DNA of 64,000 bases from Betaproteobacteria bacterium (GTDB lineage Bacteria > Pseudomonadota > Gammaproteobacteria > Burkholderiales > JACQAP01). Below the pieces are notes generated by a model. That model was not told where the DNA came from. It was given only the letters and a program-made list of their open reading frames with translations, and ran no database searches. The translations under genes and the position numbers were made by a program. Numbering within the stretch: position 1 is the first letter of the stretch; every line of letters begins with the position of its first letter. The DNA lies in contig JBDTTE010000001.1 in the NCBI GenBank assembly GCA_039930785.1, positions 182 to 64,181 of the forward strand. The letters run 5' to 3'. This document shows, in pieces, positions 46,008-55,207 of the stretch.

Positions 46008-46925
46008 ATGGACATCGGCGTTGCCGGGCAATACGTCCTGAACGGTTTGATGCTGGGCGTGATCTACGCAATGGTCGCGGTCGGCTTCACGTTGTTCTTC
46101 GGCGTCCTGGACGTCATCAAGTTTTCGCATGGCGACGTGGTAATGGTTGGCGCCTTTGTTGCGCTCGCGGTCTTCGCCGGCCTGCACACCGCTGGAATCT
46201 CCTCCCCCCTGATTCTTCTGCTGGCCGCCACCGTCGCGGCATTTGCTGCCATGGCGGCACTCGGAGCGCTGATTGCCCGGTTTCTGGTATTGCCGCTGCG
46301 CAAAGCGCCAGCGCTGAATACGCTGCTGATGACCCTGATGCTGGGCCTGGCGCTACGCGAAGCCGTTCGGCTGTTCTATCCGAACGGCTCCAATCCGAAA
46401 CCGTTTCCGCGACTACTGCCCGCGGATGCCTACGCATTCGGCAGTTTCACCCTGCGCCTCGATAGCCTGATCCTCCTCGTCGGCGGTGTGCTGGCCATTG
46501 TGGTCGTGCACCTGACCATCAACCGCACCCGACTGGGCCTGGCGATCCGCGCGGTCGCGCAGGATCCGGAAACCGCGCGCGTGATGGGCGTGAACTTCGA
46601 ACGCACGGTCATGATCACGTTCGGCATCGGCTCTGCGCTGGCGGCACTGGCGGGCATCACAGACGGGCTCTACTACAACGAGGTCAACTTCGGCATGGGT
46701 CTGCTGCTCGGCGTGATCGGCTTCAGCGCGGCGGTGGTGGGCGGCCTTGGTAACATCTACGGCGCAATCCTCGGCGGGTTCCTCTTCGCTGCGCTGCAGA
46801 CTGTCGGAGCAATCTGGTTCTCGGTGCCGGCTTACAAGGATGTTTTCGCGTTCGCCACAGTGATCCTGCTGATGGCGTGGAAGCCGACCGGCCCCATAGC
46901 CGAGCGAACGGCGGAGCGGGTATAG
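46008..46925 (+). CDS. ABC transporter permease, LivH family
   Basis: 305-aa polytopic ORF with QYVLNGLMLGVIYAMVAVGFTLFFGV. Confidence 0.9.
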   Translation: MDIGVAGQYVLNGLMLGVIYAMVAVGFTLFFGVLDVIKFSHGDVVMVGAFVALAVFAGLHTAGISSPLILLLAATVAAFAAMAALGALIARFLVLPLRKAPALNTLLMTLMLGLALREAVRLFYPNGSNPKPFPRLLPADAYAFGSFTLRLDSLILLVGGVLAIVVVHLTINRTRLGLAIRAVAQDPETARVMGVNFERTVMITFGIGSALAALAGITDGLYYNEVNFGMGLLLGVIGFSAAVVGGLGNIYGAILGGFLFAALQTVGAIWFSVPAYKDVFAFATVILLMAWKPTGPIAERTAERV

Positions 46926-46927
46926 GC

Positions 46928-48085
46928 ATGCGCGCCGAAACCACGTCACGATTGATCGTCGTTCTCGGTATCGCATTGTGTGCGCTGGCTGGCTGGCTGT
47001 TCCTCGACGTCGAATCCCAATGGAAGGTCGTGCTGCTCGCCGGCGTTGTCATTGCGACATTGCTAGTGGCAGAGCGAGCGGGATGGCGACAGCGCTTCGA
47101 AACCGCGTCATCCGAAAACGGGATACTGGCTTCCACGCTTGCGCTCGTTGCCGTCGCCCTCATCGCCGCCGTCCTGCACGAATCCCATTTCGCGCTGCTG
47201 ATGCTGGCGACAGTCGCGTTGTACGCCACCGCCTGTCTTGGCCTGACCATCCAGTTCGGCTATGCCGGCATCGCGAATTTCGCGGGCGCTGCGTTTTTCG
47301 GAATCGGTTGCTATACCGCTGCGATGCTGGGCACGCACACGTCCCTGCCGCACTTGCTGAATGTGCTCGCCGGTGGGGCGATGGCAGCGCTAATTGGCTC
47401 GATATTGATCCTGCCGATCCTGCGCACGCGTGGACATTACGCCGCATTGATCACCATCGCGTTCGGCATCCTGTTCAAGACGTTTCTCGAGGTCAACGAC
47501 ACGCTCGGTGGCCCGCAGGGGTTGAAAGTCCCGGGCATGAAGATCCTGGGCTGGTCGTTCAACGATCCCATCCACTTGCCCGGCGGCGTCGAGGCTTCGT
47601 TCTATCTGAACTACGTTGTGCTGGCCGTCGCGCTCGCATTCGCCGCTTACGTGCTGGTCAAGCGCCTCGAATCTTCCTGGATCGGATTGAGCTTCGACGC
47701 GCTGCGCCTCGACGAGACTGCTGCCGCCGTCTCCGGCATCGACATCGCGAAGTGGAAGATCCTCGCTTTCGTTCTGGGCAACTTCCTGGCTGGCACCGCC
47801 GGTGCGGTGTACGCGATGATGAGCGGGTTCATCGCGCCGAACAGTTTCACGTTCGGTGACTCGCTGATCCTGGTGTCGATCGTCATCCTCGGCGGCGTTG
47901 GCAATCCACTTGGCGTCATCCCGGCTTGCCTGTTGCTGCTGGTGCTGCCGGAAAAGCTCCAGGCGATCCAGGAATACCGTTTCCTGATTTACGCGCTGCT
48001 CGTGATCCTGATCCTGCTGTTCCGGCCTGACGGGCTGTTGCCGCGGCGCATGCGTAAGTATTCTCCCCCGCGGGTGGGTACGTGA
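46928..48085 (+). CDS. ABC transporter permease, LivM family
   Basis: ORF track start is 46877. The likely start is the ATG at 46928, directly after the LivH-like stop. Polytopic, with the GYAGIANFAGAAFFGIGCY pattern. Confidence 0.88.
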   Translation: MRAETTSRLIVVLGIALCALAGWLFLDVESQWKVVLLAGVVIATLLVAERAGWRQRFETASSENGILASTLALVAVALIAAVLHESHFALLMLATVALYATACLGLTIQFGYAGIANFAGAAFFGIGCYTAAMLGTHTSLPHLLNVLAGGAMAALIGSILILPILRTRGHYAALITIAFGILFKTFLEVNDTLGGPQGLKVPGMKILGWSFNDPIHLPGGVEASFYLNYVVLAVALAFAAYVLVKRLESSWIGLSFDALRLDETAAAVSGIDIAKWKILAFVLGNFLAGTAGAVYAMMSGFIAPNSFTFGDSLILVSIVILGGVGNPLGVIPACLLLLVLPEKLQAIQEYRFLIYALLVILILLFRPDGLLPRRMRKYSPPRVGT

Positions 48086-48855
48086 CCCCGATTCTCGCGG
48101 CGCAGGGATTGACCGTTCGCTTCGGCGGCCTGACTGCGCTGGATGCATTCGATCTGCAGTTGCATGCGCAGGAAATACTGGGGCTGATCGGGCCGAACGG
48201 CTCTGGCAAGACTACATTTTTCAACGCACTGACCGGCTTGTATCGCACAGCCGCAGGAAGTGTTCGTGTCGACGGCGCCGATCTCACCGGCGCGACACCG
48301 CAAGCGATCAGTCGTGCAGGAATGGCGCGTACGTTCCAGCGCTCACGCCTGTGCCTGCCGCTGTCCGTGTTCGACAATCTGATGATCGGCAATCACCGCA
48401 ATCTGGACCATGGACTGGTAGCGAACCTGTTCCAGCGCGGTGCGCTGCTGCGCCAGGTCGAGGAATGGACGATCAAGGCGGGCGACCTGCTGCGCATGTT
48501 CAGCGCGCCGCTTGCGGATCGGTTGCAGGATCCGGTGGCTTCGCTCTCGATGATCGACCGCAGGCGTATCGAAGTCTGCCGCGCATTGATTTCCGATCCG
48601 CGCATCCTGCTGCTCGACGAACCGTCCGCCGGAATGACGCATGACGAAACGCATGAACTGATGGACGACCTGCTGGCGATCAGGGACAAGCTGCCTTCGC
48701 TTGCCGTCATCCTGATCGAGCACGAAATGAACGTGATCGAACGGGTCACGGATCGATGTGTGGTGCTGAACTATGGACGCAAGATCAGCGAAGGCGTCTA
48801 TCGGGTCGTTGCCGCCGATGAAAACGTGCGCAAGGCCTATCTCGGTGAAGACTGA
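48082..48855 (+). CDS. ABC transporter ATP-binding protein, LivG family
   Basis: 257-aa ORF with Walker A GPNGSGKTT and Walker B LLLDEPSAGM. Confidence 0.92.
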   Translation: MTPILAAQGLTVRFGGLTALDAFDLQLHAQEILGLIGPNGSGKTTFFNALTGLYRTAAGSVRVDGADLTGATPQAISRAGMARTFQRSRLCLPLSVFDNLMIGNHRNLDHGLVANLFQRGALLRQVEEWTIKAGDLLRMFSAPLADRLQDPVASLSMIDRRRIEVCRALISDPRILLLDEPSAGMTHDETHELMDDLLAIRDKLPSLAVILIEHEMNVIERVTDRCVVLNYGRKISEGVYRVVAADENVRKAYLGED

Positions 48856-48856
48856 C

Positions 48857-49588
48857 ATGGCCGGATTGCGCAAGGGTAGTGGCCTGGTGCTGGAGAACCT
48901 GCGCGTGGGTTACGACCAGGCCGACGTTCTCACCGGCGTTTCGCTCGAGGTCAGGCCCGGCGAGATCACCTGCATCCTCGGCGCAAACGGAGCCGGCAAA
49001 ACCACGCTGATCCGAGCCATCCTGGCGTTAACGTCGCCACGTAGCGGCCGCGTCCTGCACGACGGCGAAGACATCACGTCACTGCCCACGCATCGCATTG
49101 CCGGTCGCGGTATCGCCTGCATTCCCGAGGGCCGGCGGATTTTTCCGCGCATGAGCGTGCGCGAGAATCTGCTGATCGGCGCGTACCTGGATCGAAGCGC
49201 GGACCTGCCGGCAAGAATGTCGGAAGTGTTCGAAACCTTTCCCCGGCTCAGGGAGCGGGCCGGCCAGCTTGCGGGTACCATGTCCGGAGGAGAGCAGGCC
49301 ATGTTGTCGATCGGTCGCGGACTGATGGCGGCACCGCGCGTCCTGATTATCGATGAACCGTCTCTCGGATTGTCGCCGCTGTTCGTGAAGGAAAATTTCA
49401 ACGTCATCCGCCGCATCAACGAGGCCGGCGTGACGATCCTGCTGGTGGAGCAGAACGTGAAACAGACGCTCGCCATTGCGCATCGCGGATACGTTCTGTC
49501 GCAGGGCAAGGTCACCGCGGAAGGCGAAGCCGCAGCGTTGCGGGAAAACGCCGAGGTTCGTGCCGCGTACTTCGGCAAAAAGAATTAG
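48857..49588 (+). CDS. ABC transporter ATP-binding protein, LivF family
   Basis: ORF track start is 48773. The likely start is the ATG at 48857, 1 nt after the LivG-like stop. Has GANGAGKTT, the signature MSGGEQ and IIDEPSLGL. Confidence 0.92.
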   Translation: MAGLRKGSGLVLENLRVGYDQADVLTGVSLEVRPGEITCILGANGAGKTTLIRAILALTSPRSGRVLHDGEDITSLPTHRIAGRGIACIPEGRRIFPRMSVRENLLIGAYLDRSADLPARMSEVFETFPRLRERAGQLAGTMSGGEQAMLSIGRGLMAAPRVLIIDEPSLGLSPLFVKENFNVIRRINEAGVTILLVEQNVKQTLAIAHRGYVLSQGKVTAEGEAAALRENAEVRAAYFGKKN

Positions 49589-49597
49589 GAGAGCAGC

Positions 49598-50728
49598 ATG
49601 GCAGCACAGACAAACGCGCTCGAACTGACGAAGCAGATCGTGCGCATGAATACGATCAATCCACCGGGCCAGGAAGAACAATGCGCCCGCCACCTCGGCG
49701 CCCTGCTCGAAACCGCCGGCTTCCGGGTCCGTTACCACGACCTGGGCCCCAAACGCGCGAACCTGGTCGCGACCATCGGTGGCTCAGCCGATAAAGCGCC
49801 GCTGTGCTTCACCGGTCACATCGATACCGTCCCGCTGGGCGCGGCGCAATGGAAGATGGATCCATTTGCCGCGGATACGCAAGATGGCCGGTTGTATGGA
49901 CGCGGCACCAGCGACATGAAGTGCGGCGTTGCGGCTTTTGTCGTCGCGTCGTTGAATCTCGCGAATAAACTGCAACGTTCGCCCGGGCTGGAACTGGTGA
50001 TCACCGCTGGCGAGGAGACGGGTTGCGAAGGCGCCTTCCATCTCACGCACAAGAGCGGCGCACTCGGGCGCGCCGGTGCGGTTGTGGTGGGCGAGCCGTC
50101 CTCCAACTTTCCCTTTGTTGGCCACCGCGGCGCTTTCTGGTTGAATGCGCGCACGCGCGGCGTAACGGCGCACGGCTCGATGCCCGAGAAGGGCGTCAAC
50201 GCCGTGTTCAAGGCGGCGCGCGCTGTTGCCATCCTGGAAAAATTCCGCTTCACGAATCCCCCGCACCCGCTGATGGGACAGGCCACGCTGAATGTCGGCA
50301 CGATCCACGGCGGGCTGAACATCAACTCTGTACCCGACGAAGCCGTCATCGGTGTCGACATTCGTACCATTCCCGGGATCAAGCACGCTGACCTGAGGGC
50401 CGAGCTCGTGCGCCAGCTCGGCACCGACGTCGAGCTTGAGACCCTGCTCGATCTTGAGAGCGTATTCACCGAGCCCACGCATCCCTGGATCCAGGAGGTC
50501 TTCGAGATCACGCGTCCTTTCCTCAGCGAGGCGCCGCAGGCCCGGGTTGCAACGTATTTCACCGACGCGGCCGCGCTGAACGTCGCCTACGGCACGCCGC
50601 CCACCGTCATACTCGGTCCGGGCGAAGCACAGATGGCGCACCAGACCAACGAATATTGCGTGGTGGATCGCATTTCCGAGTCGGTGTCGATCTACGAGGA
50701 GATTGCGCGGCGCTGGTGCGGCATCTGA
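49598..50728 (+). CDS. M20-family metallohydrolase (ArgE/DapE/ACY1-like deacylase)
   Basis: 376-aa ORF with HIDTVP, GRGTSDMKCG and the GEETG metal-ligand pattern. Confidence 0.85.
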   Translation: MAAQTNALELTKQIVRMNTINPPGQEEQCARHLGALLETAGFRVRYHDLGPKRANLVATIGGSADKAPLCFTGHIDTVPLGAAQWKMDPFAADTQDGRLYGRGTSDMKCGVAAFVVASLNLANKLQRSPGLELVITAGEETGCEGAFHLTHKSGALGRAGAVVVGEPSSNFPFVGHRGAFWLNARTRGVTAHGSMPEKGVNAVFKAARAVAILEKFRFTNPPHPLMGQATLNVGTIHGGLNINSVPDEAVIGVDIRTIPGIKHADLRAELVRQLGTDVELETLLDLESVFTEPTHPWIQEVFEITRPFLSEAPQARVATYFTDAAALNVAYGTPPTVILGPGEAQMAHQTNEYCVVDRISESVSIYEEIARRWCGI

Positions 50729-51993
50729 TGTCCGCAGAGGCGTTTTCCGCCACGCCGCCGGCGCAAAGGATCGCCGGGCTCTTCGACGCTGGTTCGATTG
50801 TGGACCCGCAAGCGCGATCGTTGGGTTCGCTCTGCGCCGGCGATGGCGCGATCGGCGGACGTGAAGTGACGATCGTCGCGACGGATCGGCAAGTCGCCGG
50901 CGGATCGCTCGGCGTCGCCGAGGCGACGGCGTTGTGCGCACTGATGCAACACAGCCATGAAGAGCAGCGAGCGTTCATTTTCTGCCTGGATTCCGCGGGT
51001 GCGAGACTGGATGAAGGACTGCCCGCCCTGGGCGCATTTCGTCAGCTCTATCGAACAATGCTCGACCTCCGGCTCGCCGGAATGCCGCTGCTTGCACTGG
51101 TAGGCAGGGACTGCTTCGGCGGCGCTAGCATGCTCGCCGCAACTTGCGAACATCGCGTCTACAGCGAAAATTCACGACTCGCGATGTCCGGTCCCGCCGT
51201 CATCCAGGCGCTCGGGGGACGGTCCGAACTCGATGCGTCGAACATCGCTGCGGTTACTGCGCTCATGGGCGGCGCAGCGCGCCGGCAACTCAGTACCACG
51301 GACACGTTAAGCAGCGACACGATCCTTGCGTATCGCACCGCGGCGCTGGACTGGATAGGCGATCGCACGCGCGTGGACAAACCCGACCTGATCCAGCAGC
51401 ACAATCGTCTCGGCACGCGCTTGATGGTGCAAGGCATGACGCCTTCCGCGCCTGTGGACGCCGGAGATAACCTGCCATCCATGCTCCAGGAAATCATTCC
51501 ACGGGACATCCAGGTGCACCGGACGGACGGCGTGCTCGTCGCTCGAAAGGGCGAAGGTACGTCGAACGCGTTTTTCGGATTCGTGGACCGCGAACCGGTT
51601 GGCGCGCTCGCAGCCTGGACCCTTGCGGGAGAATGCCTTGCGTTCGCCGACGAACGTCCGGGGGAGGCCGTGACGATTTTTCTGGATGCGCCGGGCCAGG
51701 CGCCTACCCTGCGCGACGAGCGGGTCATTCTTTCCGAGTACGTCGCGCATCTCGCGCTCGTACTGTCTGAATTGCGCATCCGGGGACATCGCGTGACCTT
51801 GCAGGTACTGGGCGACGCCGCTGGCGGAATTTATGTCGCGCTGGCCGCGCCGGCGGTTCGCGTGGTCGCGCTGCCCGGAGCCAACGTGCAGGTACTGCCG
51901 CCGGCGGCCGTGGCGCGCGTTCTTCGAGGGCGCGATGCAGCGAGTGGCGTCGAGGACTACATGCGCGCTGGCGTCATCGATACGCTTATATGA
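50728..51993 (+). CDS. Carboxyltransferase-like protein resembling a fusion of malonate decarboxylase beta (MdcD) and gamma (MdcE) subunits
   Basis: ORF track start is 50656. The likely start is the ATG at 50728, overlapping the M20 stop (ATGA). The N-terminal half (RIAGLFDAGS...GGSLG...LDSAGARLDEG...CFGGASMLA...RLAMSGPAVI) follows the MdcD pattern as I recall it. The C-terminal half (IFLDAPGQ...RDERVILSEYVAHLA...RGHRVTLQVLGDAAGG) follows the MdcE pattern. Confidence 0.65.
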   Translation: MSAEAFSATPPAQRIAGLFDAGSIVDPQARSLGSLCAGDGAIGGREVTIVATDRQVAGGSLGVAEATALCALMQHSHEEQRAFIFCLDSAGARLDEGLPALGAFRQLYRTMLDLRLAGMPLLALVGRDCFGGASMLAATCEHRVYSENSRLAMSGPAVIQALGGRSELDASNIAAVTALMGGAARRQLSTTDTLSSDTILAYRTAALDWIGDRTRVDKPDLIQQHNRLGTRLMVQGMTPSAPVDAGDNLPSMLQEIIPRDIQVHRTDGVLVARKGEGTSNAFFGFVDREPVGALAAWTLAGECLAFADERPGEAVTIFLDAPGQAPTLRDERVILSEYVAHLALVLSELRIRGHRVTLQVLGDAAGGIYVALAAPAVRVVALPGANVQVLPPAAVARVLRGRDAASGVEDYMRAGVIDTLI

Positions 51994-53492
51994 ACAACCC
52001 CAACTTATACGCGGCGGCTTCCGCTTCGATCGAAGCGGGACGGGATCGCGTGCTGATCGAAACGGACGACGGTCGCACATTTACCGGCGCGGACTTCGAA
52101 CGCGAATCGGCACGCTTCGCGGCGCTACTGATTGCGTCCGGAGCGGTACGCGGCGATCGCATCGCGGTGCAGGTCGATAAATCGCCGGCCGCGCTGTTTT
52201 TATATCTGGGCTGCCTGCGCGCGGGACTGGTTTTTCTGCCGTTGAATACGGCGTATCAGCGCGGCGAGCTGGCTTACTTTCTGAGCGACGCGCAGCCGTC
52301 CATCATCGTCTGCCGGCCACAATCCGCGCAGATAATGCGCGAACTTGTCGAGGAAAAAGCACGGCTATTCACGCTCGATGAAAACGGCGCCGGTTCGCTC
52401 GCGGACGCGGCGTCATCGCTGCCGACGGAATTCAAAACCGCGGAATCCGCGCCCGACGACCTCGCGGTGATCCTGTATACATCGGGCACGACGGGTCGAT
52501 CCAAGGGCGCGATGGTGACCCATCACAACCTGGTTTCCAACGCGCGGGTGCTGGTAGATCGGTGGGCATTCACCGAGCGTGACGTGCTGCTGCACGCATT
52601 GCCGATTTTTCATATCCACGGGCTCTTTGTCGCCAATCACTGTGCGCTGCTGTCCGGCGCGAAAATGCTCTGGCACCGCAAGTTCGATGCAAAGCTTGTG
52701 TTGCGCGATCTGGCGCGTGCGACGGTGATGATGGGCGTGCCGACGTTCTACACGCGACTTCTGGCCGAAACCACATTCGGGCGAGAAGCCTGCGGCGACA
52801 TGCGCCTGTTCATTTCGGGTTCCGCACCCCTGTTACTAGAGACGTTCGTCGAATTCGAGCAGCGCTCGGGACGGCGCATCCTCGAGCGCTACGGCATGTC
52901 CGAATCGGGCATGATTTGTTCGAACCCGCTGGAGGGAGAACGCCGTGGCGGCAGTGTCGGCTTCCCGCTGCCGGGCGTATCCTTGCGGATCGCGGACGAG
53001 TACGACAAGCCGCTGGCGCAGGGCGACATCGGCGGCATCCAGATCAAGGGCGAGAATGTATTTGCGGGATACTGGCGCATGCCGGAAAAGACGCGCGAGG
53101 AATTCACCTCCGACGGTTTTTTTCGCACGGGCGACGTGGGCACCATCGACAGCGACGGGTATGTCAGCATTGTCGGGCGCGCCAAGGATCTCATCATCTG
53201 CGGCGGCTATAACGTCTATCCAAAGGAAATCGAACTCGCCCTCGACGCGATGCCGGGCATAGCGGAATCCGCCGTCATCGGCGTGCCCCACGCGGATTTC
53301 GGCGAAGCAGTCGCCGCAGTTGTGGTCGCGAGGAAAGACGCAAAACTCGATGCCGATGCCATCGTTGCCGAACTGAAAAAGAACTTTGCGAATTACAAGG
53401 TGCCGAAGCGTTTGTACGTGGTGGACGATCTGCCGCGCAATGCGATGGGCAAGGTACAGAAGGTGCTGCTGCGCGAGCGTTATGGGAAATAA
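51990..53492 (+). CDS. matB: Malonyl-CoA synthetase-like AMP-dependent ligase (MatB family)
   Basis: 500-aa ORF, with its ATG overlapping the upstream stop (ATGA). Has the AMP-binding motif YTSGTTGRSKGA. The block DRIAVQVDKSPAALFLYLGCLRAGLVFLPLNTAY closely resembles rhizobial MatB as I recall it. Confidence 0.7.
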   Translation: MNNPNLYAAASASIEAGRDRVLIETDDGRTFTGADFERESARFAALLIASGAVRGDRIAVQVDKSPAALFLYLGCLRAGLVFLPLNTAYQRGELAYFLSDAQPSIIVCRPQSAQIMRELVEEKARLFTLDENGAGSLADAASSLPTEFKTAESAPDDLAVILYTSGTTGRSKGAMVTHHNLVSNARVLVDRWAFTERDVLLHALPIFHIHGLFVANHCALLSGAKMLWHRKFDAKLVLRDLARATVMMGVPTFYTRLLAETTFGREACGDMRLFISGSAPLLLETFVEFEQRSGRRILERYGMSESGMICSNPLEGERRGGSVGFPLPGVSLRIADEYDKPLAQGDIGGIQIKGENVFAGYWRMPEKTREEFTSDGFFRTGDVGTIDSDGYVSIVGRAKDLIICGGYNVYPKEIELALDAMPGIAESAVIGVPHADFGEAVAAVVVARKDAKLDADAIVAELKKNFANYKVPKRLYVVDDLPRNAMGKVQKVLLRERYGK

Positions 53493-53526
53493 GGCGTTGC
53501 ACAAACCGGGCTGACGGGAGAGAGCG

Positions 53527-54378
53527 ATGGATTGGGGAGGCGGCAGGCGCAGCGAGAACGTTGAAGACCGGCGCGGCATCGGCGTGGGTGGCATCGCCGG
53601 CGGCGGTATCGGTGTCGTGGTCATTGCGCTCATCGCGATGTTCCTCGGCGTGGATCCGCGGGTAGTCCTGCAGGAAATGGGACAAGGACAAACGCAGGCG
53701 CCGACAGAACATGCGGTGCCGGTCGATCCGGCGCAGGACAAACTCAAGGACTTCGTGTCGGTCGTGCTGGCCGACACCGAGGATACCTGGGGCGAAATAT
53801 TCAGTCGCGGCGGTTCGCAGTACGAAAAGCCGAAACTGGTGCTGTTTACCGGCGCGGTACGCTCGGCGTGCGGACTGGCGCAATCCGCGGTCGGTCCGTT
53901 TTATTGTCCCGGCGACCACAAGGTCTACATCGACCTCGATTTCTACAATCTGCTGGAGAAGCGCTTCGGCGCGCCCGGCGAATTCGCCAAAGCTTATGTC
54001 GTGGCCCATGAAATCGGCCACCATGTGCAGAATCTCCTCGGCATTTCCGCCAAGGTCCAAACTGCGATGCAGCGTGCCACCCCCGAGCGGGCGAATCAGT
54101 TGTCCGTGCGAATGGAGTTACAGGCGGATTGCTATGCGGGGATCTGGGCCAACCATGCCAATCGATCGCGCCACATCCTGCAGTCGGGTGACATCGAATC
54201 CGGTTTGAACGCGGCGGCCGCCATCGGCGACGACAAATTGCAAATGCAGTCGCGGGGCTATGTCTCGCCGGAAAGTTTCACGCATGGCACGTCGGCGCAA
54301 CGCGTGCAATGGTTCAAGCGCGGGCTCGAATCCGGTGAATTGTCGGCCTGCGACACGTTCAAGGCCGGACAGGCCTGA
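53527..54378 (+). CDS. ypfJ: YpfJ-family putative neutral zinc metallopeptidase
   Basis: 283-aa ORF with an N-terminal RRSENVEDRRG, one TM helix and an HEIGHH zinc motif. Confidence 0.85.
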   Translation: MDWGGGRRSENVEDRRGIGVGGIAGGGIGVVVIALIAMFLGVDPRVVLQEMGQGQTQAPTEHAVPVDPAQDKLKDFVSVVLADTEDTWGEIFSRGGSQYEKPKLVLFTGAVRSACGLAQSAVGPFYCPGDHKVYIDLDFYNLLEKRFGAPGEFAKAYVVAHEIGHHVQNLLGISAKVQTAMQRATPERANQLSVRMELQADCYAGIWANHANRSRHILQSGDIESGLNAAAAIGDDKLQMQSRGYVSPESFTHGTSAQRVQWFKRGLESGELSACDTFKAGQA

Positions 54379-54385
54379 GCCGCAG

Positions 54386-55195
54386 TCAGAGCGAGGACGA
54401 GAACAGCGACCACAGCATGCGGGTCGCCAGGATGAAGAGGATCACCGCGAAAATCTTCGTGAGCCGCGTGACCGGCATGCTGTGCGCCATCCGCGCGCCC
54501 CAGGGCACGGTGATGAAGGTCCCCACCACGATGCCCACGAGCGCGGGCAGGTAAACATAACCCAGGCTCAGCGGTGGCAGGTGATCTTTGCCCAGCCCGG
54601 TGGCGATGAAGCCGATGGAACCTGCAATCGCGATCGGCAGACCGAGGGCTGCGGATGTGCCGATGGCATTGCGCATCGGCACGTTGCACATCGTCATCAG
54701 CGGAATGGTCATGACGCCGCCACCGACGCCGACCAGCGCGGAGAGGATGCCAATAATCACACCCGCCACATTCATGCCCCATTTGCCCGGAAGCTGGCGC
54801 GATGGTTTCGGCTTGGTGTTCATCAGCATTTTCGCCGCGGAGTAATAGACGAAAATCACGAAAAACACAGCGAGGTAGCTCGACTTCAGGGAATCCGCAA
54901 CAACGGCGCCGAGCAATGTGCCGGCGACCAGCCCCACCGAAGACGCGCGCACGATGTCCCAGCGCACTGCGCCATGTTTATGATGTGCACGCAGGCTCGA
55001 TATCGAAGTGAAGACGATGCTGGTAATGGACGTGCCGAGTGCCAGATGGAGCAAGCGATCGGCGGGGAAGCCCTGCAGGTTGAACAGATACACCATCAGG
55101 GTGACGAGGATCAGGCCGCCACCGATGCCGAGCAGGCCGGCAAAATAGCCTACGAACAACCCCATCAGCAGATAAACGAGCCACCACCATTCCAT
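54386..55195 (-). CDS. TauE/SafE-family (DUF81) membrane protein, second paralog
   Basis: 269-aa polytopic ORF with GLLGIGGGLILV and GVGGGVMTIPLM repeats. Confidence 0.82.
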   Translation of the reverse strand: MEWWWLVYLLMGLFVGYFAGLLGIGGGLILVTLMVYLFNLQGFPADRLLHLALGTSITSIVFTSISSLRAHHKHGAVRWDIVRASSVGLVAGTLLGAVVADSLKSSYLAVFFVIFVYYSAAKMLMNTKPKPSRQLPGKWGMNVAGVIIGILSALVGVGGGVMTIPLMTMCNVPMRNAIGTSAALGLPIAIAGSIGFIATGLGKDHLPPLSLGYVYLPALVGIVVGTFITVPWGARMAHSMPVTRLTKIFAVILFILATRMLWSLFSSSL

Positions 55196-55207
55196 GGAGG
55201 CGCCCGC

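Noticed and set aside
44773-46071. 432-aa minus-strand ORF
   Set aside because: It is antisense to the LivK-family binding protein gene and has no motifs.
49784-50941. 385-aa minus-strand ORF
   Set aside because: It is antisense to the M20 hydrolase gene and is an Arg-rich shadow ORF.
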